20,038 nucleotides of DNA from a virus. This document shows positions 1-6,907 of this stretch, piece by piece. A model generated the notes under the pieces. It had not been told where the DNA came from. It worked only from the letters and a program-made list of their open reading frames with translations, and made no database searches. The stretch's first letter is position 1; each line of letters opens with the position of its first letter. A program made the position numbers and the translations under genes. The stretch lies in UHGV virus genome UHGV-1340863. The stretch is one strand, 5' to 3'.

Positions 1-27
1 TTCAAATGATTCGGTTTTCAGGAACAT
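1..27 (-). CDS. G: Tail assembly chaperone G, first 9 codons only (gene runs off the window start)
   Basis: Reverse complement of 1-27 reads ATG TTC CTG AAA ACC GAA TCA TTT GAA = MFLKTESFE, the lambda gpG N-terminus as I recall it; sits directly downstream of V as in lambda. Confidence 0.7.
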
Positions 28-42
28 CGCTGACTCTCCGGA

Positions 43-783
43 TTAACTGGCGGTGACGGTGATTTCTGCAACCGCAGCAAACTCACCATTACCGGATACA
101 ACCGGAATGTTGACCTTGCCTGCAGCAACGCCGTTCACGGTGATGGTCATACCGCTGACCGACACGGTGGCTTTTGTTTTATCCGCAGACACCGCACGGA
201 AGCTCTTGTCGGTTGCGCCCTCCGGCTGGAATGCCACGGTCAGCGTAGTGCTCTGCCCTTTCACTACGGAAGCACTGGCGGGTGTCACCGTCATGCCGGT
301 TGTCGCCGTCACCGTGCTGCGATCTTCTGCCATCGACGGACGTCCCACGTTGGTGACTTTCACCGTGCGGGTGATCACTTCCTTCGCCGTCACCGCCTTA
401 CCGATACTGCTGACCCAGCCGCGGAACACATCGACCGTGCCGTTCGGGAAGCGGATTTTATAGGCACGGGTATCCCCTTCATTAAACCACGCCAGCAGCG
501 CCTGCTGCCCCTGCTCTCCGGGCATCCACGCCAGCGTGAAGCTGGTATCTCCGGCAGATTTCTGCCCCTGCCCGGTCGCAGTCCAGTCCGCATCTTCATC
601 ATCGAGATAGCTGTCGTCATAGGACTCAGCGCTCAGTTCGCCGGGCGTCAGGTCTTTAACTTTAGCCAGACGCGACCAGTCAACGTCTGAAAGCGGGTTC
701 GCATAAGGGTCACCGTTCCCCTTATAAACCCACAGGGTGGTCCCGGCCCCTTTCACCGGCATTACTGGATTTGGTACAGGCAT
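43..783 (-). CDS. V: Major tail tube protein V
   Basis: ORF 43..813 matches lambda gpV (MPVPNP...EITVTAS) along its length. Start placed at the internal ATG (781-783) giving 246 aa; stop TAA at 43-45. Confidence 0.93.
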   Translation of the reverse strand: MPVPNPVMPVKGAGTTLWVYKGNGDPYANPLSDVDWSRLAKVKDLTPGELSAESYDDSYLDDEDADWTATGQGQKSAGDTSFTLAWMPGEQGQQALLAWFNEGDTRAYKIRFPNGTVDVFRGWVSSIGKAVTAKEVITRTVKVTNVGRPSMAEDRSTVTATTGMTVTPASASVVKGQSTTLTVAFQPEGATDKSFRAVSADKTKATVSVSGMTITVNGVAAGKVNIPVVSGNGEFAAVAEITVTAS

Positions 784-790
784 ATCGTCC

Positions 791-1186
791 TCACATTTCA
801 TAGGTAATGACATAAGTCAGATCGGCTGAACTCCACAGGCCCGCATCATCGTCGCGCCGGTAGTCATAGCCACTGGCCACCATACTGGTGATCAAATCTG
901 ACAGTGCCGGGACATCGCTCATCACCGGATAAATCCGGGACTCCATCCACGAATCCAGCTCTGAATCCGGCACCTGAGCAGGCAGGAAAACTTCAATATG
1001 CAGCTCCGCCTGCCAGGTATCGCTGTCCAGCTCTTCGCCCGTGTATTCAGCGCCGGTGAGATAAACGGCAACTGCCGGAAAATCCTCCTCATCAAAAACA
1101 GCGGGGCGACCATCAAAAAGCGTCGCCCCGGTGTCATGTTTTTCCAGTGCATCCAGTACGGCTGCACGGAGTTCTGTATGTTTCAT
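791..1186 (-). CDS. U: Tail terminator protein U
   Basis: 131-aa [19 protein letters not shown]...LTYVITYEM matches lambda gpU; correct position between Z and V. Confidence 0.93.
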   Translation of the reverse strand: MKHTELRAAVLDALEKHDTGATLFDGRPAVFDEEDFPAVAVYLTGAEYTGEELDSDTWQAELHIEVFLPAQVPDSELDSWMESRIYPVMSDVPALSDLITSMVASGYDYRRDDDAGLWSSADLTYVITYEM

Positions 1187-1761
1187 CGCTTTATTACCAT
1201 CCTCAGTTGATGCTGCAGCGCATAGCCCAGCTCTTTCGGAAGACGTTCACGCCGTATCCGCTCAATATTCTGTTTAAACGCCGTGGTCAGCGGCACTGCC
1301 ATCGGGATTTTCACCACATCAATGGGGTAACGGTTTTTCCCGGCCACACGCTGCATGACATGCCACCGGCCATTTTTCAGTTGCTGAATAAACGCGCCGG
1401 GAATACGACGGTTTCCCACCACAAGCACGCTGTCGCCACCTTTCAGGGATGAACGCTGCCCCTTTTTACGACGCCTGCGTCGGGACAGGACAACCCGCGC
1501 GTTACCCAGCCTGATTACGGGCAAATCCCCCCGGTTAACCTTGATTCTGGCCTGCGGATTTTTGACCGTGGCCCTTTTCAGCCTGGCCCTTTCCTTTACC
1601 AGTTTCCGGCGTACCTTTGTCTCACGGGCAACCTGTGACGCCGACTGCGATATCGCGGATGAAGCAACGCGGTTAATGGCCATTGCGGCGGCACCGGGCA
1701 CCGCCGTTCTGCTGATACGGCTGAGGTTTTCAACGGCCTGCTCAAGACCTTTTATGGCCAT
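1183..1761 (-). CDS. Z: Head-tail joining/tail completion protein Z
   Basis: 192-aa ORF MAIKGLEQAVENLSRIS... matches lambda gpZ; 4-nt overlap with U. Confidence 0.92.
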   Translation of the reverse strand: MAIKGLEQAVENLSRISRTAVPGAAAMAINRVASSAISQSASQVARETKVRRKLVKERARLKRATVKNPQARIKVNRGDLPVIRLGNARVVLSRRRRRKKGQRSSLKGGDSVLVVGNRRIPGAFIQQLKNGRWHVMQRVAGKNRYPIDVVKIPMAVPLTTAFKQNIERIRRERLPKELGYALQHQLRMVIKR

Positions 1762-1772
1762 ACATCCCCCCT

Positions 1773-2126
1773 TCAGCGACGACGGTTAACGGCAGGCGGC
1801 ACGCCACGCCCAAGCCAGAGATGACAGCTTCCGCCATCATCCGTCGAAATCCGGTCTATCCAGAAGTTTTCCTCACCGATGGTCAGCGTGTCGCCGCGCC
1901 GCAGCTGCCGCACATCATCAGTCCGGACAAACAGGGACGGGCTGGAGCCTTCAACGCGCACGCCCTGTCCGGCATAGCTGATATTTTCAGGGTCATCAAA
2001 AACACCACGTATTACTGCGCCGGACTGCTCACCGGATGTCATGGTGGCTGACGTTCCCATGTACCCGCGTATCGTTTCATCGGCGCGGGCAATGGCAGCA
2101 TCGAACAGGTTATCGAAATCAGCCAC
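1773..2126 (-). CDS. FII: Head-tail connector protein FII
   Basis: 117-aa ORF MADFDNLFDAAIARADETIRGYMGTSATMTSGEQ... matches lambda gpFII. Confidence 0.92.
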   Translation of the reverse strand: MADFDNLFDAAIARADETIRGYMGTSATMTSGEQSGAVIRGVFDDPENISYAGQGVRVEGSSPSLFVRTDDVRQLRRGDTLTIGEENFWIDRISTDDGGSCHLWLGRGVPPAVNRRR

Positions 2127-2137
2127 AGCGCCTCCCG

Positions 2138-2491
2138 TTATTGCATTCTGGCCAGGCCACGTTCTGTCATTTCGGCTGCCACACCGGCAGAGACACGGAA
2201 CGCCGTTCCCGGAAGCACAAATGCCACAGGTTCATCCCGCGTGGCGTGAAGTGCATCAGTATGCAGCGTCACCAGTGCCACGACCGTGACCAGTTCAGAC
2301 GTATCCAGAATCACGGTATCCGGCTGCGCTGATCCCACCTCATTTTCATGTCCGGTCAGCACATTTTCCCGGCTGAGAGGGGTGTCCTGACCGGCAGTTT
2401 CATCCGTGTCATCAAGCTCCTCTTCCAGCTCTGCCACACGGAGCGCCAGTTCTTCTTTCGTCCCCGTCAGGCTGACATCACGGTTCAGTTG
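2138..2491 (-). CDS. FI: DNA-packaging protein FI, C-terminal 117 codons (N-terminus lost in assembly gap)
   Basis: Translation QLNRDVSLTGTKEELALRVAELEEELDDTDE...ERGLARMQ matches lambda gpFI from about residue 16 to the end; the reading frame runs straight into the N-run. Confidence 0.88.
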   Translation of the reverse strand, partial: QLNRDVSLTGTKEELALRVAELEEELDDTDETAGQDTPLSRENVLTGHENEVGSAQPDTVILDTSELVTVVALVTLHTDALHATRDEPVAFVLPGTAFRVSAGVAAEMTERGLARMQ

Positions 2492-2591
2492 NNNNNNNNN
2501 NNNNNNNNNNNNNNNNNNNNNNNNNNNNNNNNNNNNNNNNNNNNNNNNNNNNNNNNNNNNNNNNNNNNNNNNNNNNNNNNNNNNNNNNNNN
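2492..2591. other. Scaffold/assembly gap (100 N)
   Basis: Run of exactly 100 n characters. By gene order it should contain about 143 codons of E C-terminus, the E-FI intergenic spacer and about 16 codons of FI. Confidence 0.99.
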
Positions 2592-2944
2592 AACACGATG
2601 ATATTCACCACACCGCTGGCGTTCAGCGCGTAGGCTTCGATATCGTCGGTCGGGTCATACGTGGACTTGTCACGCTTGCTCCACTCCGTGCCGCCGGACT
2701 GCGTGATGTTATTCTCCTCACTGCGGCCCATATCCACCTCAACCGGATCGAAGGCTTCACCGGTCATGGTGTATTTGCCCTTAAGCACGGCAGAAACTGC
2801 CTGCATCTCTTCGACCTGAGCAATGGCCAGCTCTTCGTCACGCATGTTCTGCATGATGATGCGACGGCGGCGGTAAGCCGGGTCCACCAGATTCTGCGGA
2901 TCTTCATCCGGCAGGCGACGCAGGGTCATCTGCGGATTCACTTC
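2592..2944 (-). pseudogene. E: Major capsid protein E, internal fragment (about codons 83-198), separated from its N-terminus by the inserted element
   Basis: Translation (E)VNPQMTLRRLPDEDPQNL...ITQSGGTEWSKRDKSTYDPTDDIEAYALNASGVVNIIV matches lambda gpE. No start codon (the track's M is GTG = Val in context); upstream in frame is element-derived P-K-H then TAA at 2954-2956. Confidence 0.9.
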
Positions 2945-2982
2945 ATGCTTGGGTTACATGAGTCAAATAGAAAAAAGATACT

Positions 2983-3010
2983 TGATTTAACAGAGATTTA
3001 TTTTATAAAT
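2983..3010 (+). promoter_or_regulatory. Candidate sigma70 promoter upstream of the TIR gene (TTGATT-N16-TATAAA)
   Basis: TTGATT at 2983-2988 and TATAAA at 3005-3010 with 16-nt spacing in an AT-rich leader. Pattern match only. Confidence 0.25.
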
Positions 3011-3031
3011 GAGAGGGTGCAGAATTACGTA

Positions 3032-3052
3032 GCAATACATGCTGCAATACAT
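3032..3052 (+). repeat. Direct repeat GCAATACAT x2 (candidate integrase arm-type sites, attL side)
   Basis: gcaatacat at 3032-3040 and 3044-3052; the same GCAATACA motif recurs at the other element end (13525-13561). Confidence 0.5.
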
Positions 3053-3162
3053 GGTTAGGGAAAAGCCTTCTTGGCATCGTACAAAAAACAAACCGAATTT
3101 TTTCTAACACAGCCAAGTAAAGCCTCCTTCACTTAATTAGTTAAATTATAAAGGAATATTCA

Positions 3163-4305
3163 ATGAAAATTTTTCTTGCTCATGCAAAAGAAGATGAAAC
3201 GATAACTGAAGAAATCTATGAAAGGCTAAAAAGTGGAGGATATTCCCCTTGGATGGATGTAAAAGATATACCCGCTGGCGTAAACTGGGATTATGAAATC
3301 CAAAAAAACTTCGCTAATTCAAACTTGATAATCCTTATCCTTAGCAAAGTGAGCACTCAGAAAAATGGTTATATTCGCCGCGAAATAAATGACGCCATTG
3401 ATAAACTAAAGTATTACAAACCAGATGATGTGTTCGTGATACCATTACTTATTGATGATTGCGAAGTACCCGCCTACATATCAAGCAAGCTCCAATTCAT
3501 TGATTTTAAGAGAAATGATGGTTGGGACATTTTATCTAGATCTTTAAGATTAGCAGCATCGCAACAAAAACTTGAAATATCTCAAGGTATCACTTATGGG
3601 CCATTTAACTTTAGCAGCGAGGTTTTCAAGGAAGAATATAACAAGATCCCAGGGCATGAAATTGAAATAGCATATCCAAGAATTGAAAGCCATACATTAC
3701 CGAAATCAGCAAAACTCATTAGTGATTACTTTTCAGGAAAAGCGGCTTTACATATTTTTTCTGAACGCACATCACTATGGCCAGGAACACCATATTGGGA
3801 TGAAGAATATAAACACACTTACACTAGTTCCTATAATGAAAGTTATAACATCTCATACTGTAACGAAAATGTCATGAGCATCCTTCATTCCGTACATTGG
3901 TATGGTGCGGGAGCAGCACACCCTAACAGTCATTTTGAAACTAGTAATTTCGTAATAACCAAGGATGACTACGCATACAAATTTAGTTTATGGGATGTAT
4001 TTACCGAAGGGAAAGAGCAAGAAGCGATTAATAAGATAAAACAAAAAATAATCTCTGAATCAGCTCGTGAATTTTGGGAGAAAACTGGTGAAAAACCAAG
4101 TGAGGACGACATTAGTACGTTTGCAACGGGTATCATGGATAGTAACTTAGACTCGTTCACAATAAATAGTGATGGATTTAGATTCCATTTTGCACCTTAC
4201 GAAATTCATGCATATGCTTTTGGTTCTTGGGAATTCTTTATCTCATTCTTTGAAGTAATAGACTTCCTTAAAGAGGATGGAATTTACTCTCTAATAAGGA
4301 GTTAA
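3163..4305 (+). CDS. TIR-domain protein (N-terminal TIR about 135 aa plus about 245-aa C-terminal domain of unknown function); candidate anti-phage NADase-type defence protein
   Basis: 380-aa ORF with AAGGAA Shine-Dalgarno 7 nt upstream of ATG. The N-terminus MKIFLAHAKEDE...GYSPWMDVKDIPAGVNWDYEIQKNFANSNLIILILSKVSTQKNGYIRREINDAIDK...DDVFVIPLLID has the bacterial TIR pattern, with a candidate catalytic Glu near residue 74 in YIRREI. Strongly AT-rich compared with its neighbours. I cannot assign the C-terminal domain by eye. Confidence 0.75.
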   Translation: MKIFLAHAKEDETITEEIYERLKSGGYSPWMDVKDIPAGVNWDYEIQKNFANSNLIILILSKVSTQKNGYIRREINDAIDKLKYYKPDDVFVIPLLIDDCEVPAYISSKLQFIDFKRNDGWDILSRSLRLAASQQKLEISQGITYGPFNFSSEVFKEEYNKIPGHEIEIAYPRIESHTLPKSAKLISDYFSGKAALHIFSERTSLWPGTPYWDEEYKHTYTSSYNESYNISYCNENVMSILHSVHWYGAGAAHPNSHFETSNFVITKDDYAYKFSLWDVFTEGKEQEAINKIKQKIISESAREFWEKTGEKPSEDDISTFATGIMDSNLDSFTINSDGFRFHFAPYEIHAYAFGSWEFFISFFEVIDFLKEDGIYSLIRS

Positions 4306-4314
4306 CATTTCAAT

Positions 4315-4337
4315 AAGCCTGAAATTTAATCAGGCTT
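4315..4337 (+). terminator. Hairpin downstream of the TIR gene (candidate intrinsic terminator)
   Basis: aagcctga (4315-4322) / tcaggctt (4330-4337) with a 7-nt loop, followed by an A/T-rich tail atatacatttcc; begins 10 nt after the TIR stop codon. Confidence 0.4.
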
Positions 4338-4659
4338 ATATACATTTCCTTATGATTAAATTATTGCTGTTCTTAAGCAAAGATGCAGCCAGAAGTAATT
4401 CCCCCTCAAGCTTGCTTGCACACATAAAGAACTGACACAAAACTCTGCTGTAAAGTTGTCTAGCCACACAGCAAAAAACATATGAAACTTTGTTATTCGC
4501 AAACTGCTTGCTCTATATTCCACCATCAAGGCGCATAAAGCAATTGCAATGGCGCAGAAGTAGGCCATAACTATGAAGTGAAGCTAGCGGCGCGTTATTG
4601 GCCGCTTCTGAATAGTGCCTGATTCAACTCAGGGATAAGATTTTTTCTGGTGATAGACC

Positions 4660-4850
4660 GCGACGGATGGCAACAAAACCAGAGAAAGGAAACGACAGAG
4701 GCCAAAAAGCCTGTTTTTAGCACCTGTCGTTTCCTTTCTTTTTAGGGGGTGTTTTTAATAAAAACATTAAGTTACGGCGAAGAAGAACGGAAACGCCTTA
4801 AACAGGAAAATTTTCACAAATAGCAAAAAACTGCGCGCCTGACGCCCCGT
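4660..4850 (-). other. Second, element-borne lambda-type cos site (cosB-like R/I-site region plus variant cosN-like sequence)
   Basis: 4674-4840 aligns by eye, same orientation, with the helper cosB at 19872-20038, differing at roughly 10 positions. The adjacent cgcgcctgacgccccgtaacg (4829-4849) resembles the lambda cosN region (GTTACG GGGCGGCGACCT CGCGGG, from memory) but is variant. Confidence 0.8.
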
Positions 4851-4903
4851 AACGTTCTGGATCGCCGGAAAGGACCCGCCAGCCAGAGCGGGCCCTAATT
4901 TCA

Positions 4904-5287
4904 TCAACCAATCAGCTTATAGCGACCATCCCGTGCATTGCGGCGTACACGCTCAATCTTGAGGCATAGCGCCGCATCTGGCTTTTTTGGGACAGGTACG
5001 CGGCAATATTCAGAAGCGCGAGGAATATTATTTATCCAGTCGATCACTTCACTTAAATACCAGGCCTTACGCCCTTCCGTAACCTGCACACGCTCCGGGA
5101 ACTCTCCACTAGCCTCAAGGTTTAGCAGTGTACGACGACTCAGGGTTGTAATTTCCATCACCTGATTCATATCAACAAGGCGCTCGCTTAAACACATTTT
5201 GTCAGCGATAGCTTTTAATTCCTCTACAGCTTGATTCGGGTACATCATTTCGGCAATTGGCTTAAGGTCATTGTAATCATTCTGCAT
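4904..5287 (-). CDS. AlpA/excisionase-family wHTH protein, cos-adjacent (function unknown; regulator or packaging-redirection candidate)
   Basis: 127-aa ORF with AAGGGGGA SD. The segment ITTLSRRTLLNLEASGEFPERVQVTEGRKAWYLSEVIDWINN has the AlpA/Xis-type HTH signature; the gene ends 54 nt from the element cos. Confidence 0.6.
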   Translation of the reverse strand: MQNDYNDLKPIAEMMYPNQAVEELKAIADKMCLSERLVDMNQVMEITTLSRRTLLNLEASGEFPERVQVTEGRKAWYLSEVIDWINNIPRASEYCRVPVPKKPDAALCLKIERVRRNARDGRYKLIG

Positions 5288-5298
5288 TGTATCCCCCT

Positions 5299-5640
5299 TT
5301 ACACACGAGCCAGCGGCTGAACAGAAATACCTGAGCCAACAAACGCTGCAACCTTTACTGACAGTTCTTTAACAGACTCAGGCCAGTTCAGAGCATCAAC
5401 ATTTAAGACACCTGTCTTATAGACCTGAGCCTGTGTTTTTTTCGCGGTGTCGATTTGTACAGCGGAAACATAAACCGCTTTACCTACGCTCGAACCATCC
5501 CATACCACCAGTGCACCTGTTGCATCTTCCTGCATCAGTGGCGTAAATGCAGGAATTACCCCTTTATTAGCTGAAAATATCCCCAGCGTAGTCACCAGTG
5601 CTTCAGTGCCAGCCATGAGTTCAGTGTAATGAGTAGCCAT
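5299..5640 (-). CDS. Head decoration protein, lambda gpD-like (element-encoded paralogue)
   Basis: 113 aa; TPLMQEDATGALVVWDGSS...YKTGVLNVDALNWPESVKELSVKVAAFVGSGISV aligns with lambda D ([19 protein letters not shown]...[34 protein letters not shown]). AAGGGGGAG SD; start 10 nt after the E-like gene stop. Confidence 0.8.
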   Translation of the reverse strand: MATHYTELMAGTEALVTTLGIFSANKGVIPAFTPLMQEDATGALVVWDGSSVGKAVYVSAVQIDTAKKTQAQVYKTGVLNVDALNWPESVKELSVKVAAFVGSGISVQPLARV

Positions 5641-5649
5641 TGCTCCCCC

Positions 5650-6690
5650 TTAGCCAATGCGAACGGTAACAAAACGATTGATGCGGGCCGGTATTGGCTG
5701 TGGTGCTGAATGTGTCTGCACATATTCAATAGCCGGATCACCAGGCACAATATAGTTTTTCGGTGCAAGTTCGGCTTTAGTCAGCCCCATTCGGATTAGC
5801 TCCGGATCCTGAATACCGCCATAGGCGACAATCCCCTGAAGAGCCGTATTGCCAAGCACCATCAAATCAGGATCAAGGAAATGTTTTTCTGTTCCGTCCT
5901 CGTCGGTATAACGCCCGCTGTAAACAACAATCGCAACATCGCCCATATACCCTTTAAAACTCACCGAATCACCAAGGTCTTTAAGGGCCGTTTCCAGTTC
6001 GGAATTAGAACCACGACGGGTATCCAGAGCCTCTTTTATCGCTCTGAATGAACGGTATTTCTTCCATACATTACCGCCCATAATGATAATATTAGTGACG
6101 CCCTCACTAAATTCTGCGTAGCTCTCAATATCATCATTTGGATCAAAAGTTTCTTTATCCTTACCTGACCACTCAGCACCGCCAGACTGAGTGATGATAT
6201 TTTGTGGTTTAATATTCCAGTCCAGCTCATAACGTTCAATACCATCGCCCTCAATGATATTTTTCCCCGTTGTGATTGCCTGAACAGCAAGCCATTCAAT
6301 ACGTGCACGAATAGCTTTAGCTTGATTTACAATCGCCTGTTTAACTTTAATATTACGCGCCCCAAAAGCATTGTATTGCTCAGGTGATACACCAGCAGGG
6401 CGCACAGCTAACTTATTTGGATCAATGCTGCTTTTCGGCTTCATATAGCCTGGACGAATTGTTTTTGATTCGTACCCTTCGTCACGTGAAACTTTACTAC
6501 CCACCATAGGAGAACAAAACGCTGCAATTGGGATATTTGGATCGTCGATTGTATCAAGAATAATATCGCGCGATTCAAACATTACCGAGCGAGTAAAAAA
6601 CAAACTGGTAAACAACGCATTTAGTTGTTTTTGTACATCTACAGCATTAACCACCTGTACAAGCTGAGTAGGCGAATATAAATCAACCAT
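5650..6690 (-). CDS. Major capsid protein, lambda gpE-like (element-encoded, diverged paralogue of the interrupted helper E)
   Basis: Aligns with lambda E along its whole length, e.g. NIITQSGGAEWSGKDKETFDPNDDIESYAEF vs NNITQSGGTEWSKRDKSTYDPTDDIEAYALN, and FRAIKEALDTRRGSNSELETALKDLG...GDVAIVVYSG vs FKAVKEKLDTRRGSNSELETAVKDLG...GDVAIVVYSG. Start set at ATG 6688-6690 (MVDLYSPTQL..., SD AGAGG) rather than the ORF-track start at 6864; 346 aa vs 341 for E. Confidence 0.85.
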   Translation of the reverse strand: MVDLYSPTQLVQVVNAVDVQKQLNALFTSLFFTRSVMFESRDIILDTIDDPNIPIAAFCSPMVGSKVSRDEGYESKTIRPGYMKPKSSIDPNKLAVRPAGVSPEQYNAFGARNIKVKQAIVNQAKAIRARIEWLAVQAITTGKNIIEGDGIERYELDWNIKPQNIITQSGGAEWSGKDKETFDPNDDIESYAEFSEGVTNIIIMGGNVWKKYRSFRAIKEALDTRRGSNSELETALKDLGDSVSFKGYMGDVAIVVYSGRYTDEDGTEKHFLDPDLMVLGNTALQGIVAYGGIQDPELIRMGLTKAELAPKNYIVPGDPAIEYVQTHSAPQPIPARINRFVTVRIG

Positions 6691-6864
6691 ACGCATCCTC
6701 TTTGCATTCATTAAAAATAATTGTGGATATATGCTATCACCGATATTTGTCATGCGAATACATGCAACCGAGTGCAATGTTGTATAAAGTTTTGGGGTGA
6801 CAACTTCAGTGCGGAAAATTAGTGTTAATATCTTCACTCCCTTTGGTCGGGATTTATGTAGCAT

Positions 6865-6899
6865 GCCGGAAAATTTATTTTTTCCGGCCTTTTTTTATT
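6865..6899 (+). terminator. Strong intrinsic-terminator-like hairpin, active in plus orientation
   Basis: gccggaaaa (6865-6873) / ttttccggc (6880-6888) stem followed by a run of T residues (6889-6899). On the minus strand the stem is not followed by a U-tract. Confidence 0.5.
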
Positions 6900-6907
6900 G
6901 GCAATAT

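Noticed and set aside
53-463. Plus-strand ORFs antisense to lambda structural genes (this one and similar ones at 14957..15448, 16782..17222, 17710..18186, 18514..19281)
   Set aside because: They lie opposite genes whose products match lambda proteins end to end; typical spurious open frames in GC-rich coding DNA.
2348-3058. 236-aa plus-strand ORF spanning the N-run
   Set aside because: It reads through 100 undetermined bases and lies antisense to the well-supported E and FI coding sequence; an artefact of the gap.
3163-4305. Calling the TIR gene a Thoeris (ThsB) or CBASS/pAgo component
   Set aside because: No ThsA-like (SIR2/Macro-SLOG), cyclase, STING/SAVED or Argonaute gene is adjacent or anywhere in the element; only the TIR fold itself is supported.
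4356-4568. 70-aa minus-strand ORF in the spacer between the TIR gene and cos
   Set aside because: No ribosome-binding site and no recognisable features; the region is more likely regulatory or RNA-coding.
4660-4850. Duplicate cos as an assembly duplication artefact
   Set aside because: The two copies differ at about ten positions and have completely different flanks (TIR/AlpA-like genes versus Nu1), so it is a distinct, diverged cos.
6691-6864. Upstream extension of the E-like capsid ORF (track start at 6864)
   Set aside because: Homology to lambda E begins at MVDLYSPTQL, and an AGAGG Shine-Dalgarno precedes the ATG at 6690; the extension passes through the terminator hairpin.
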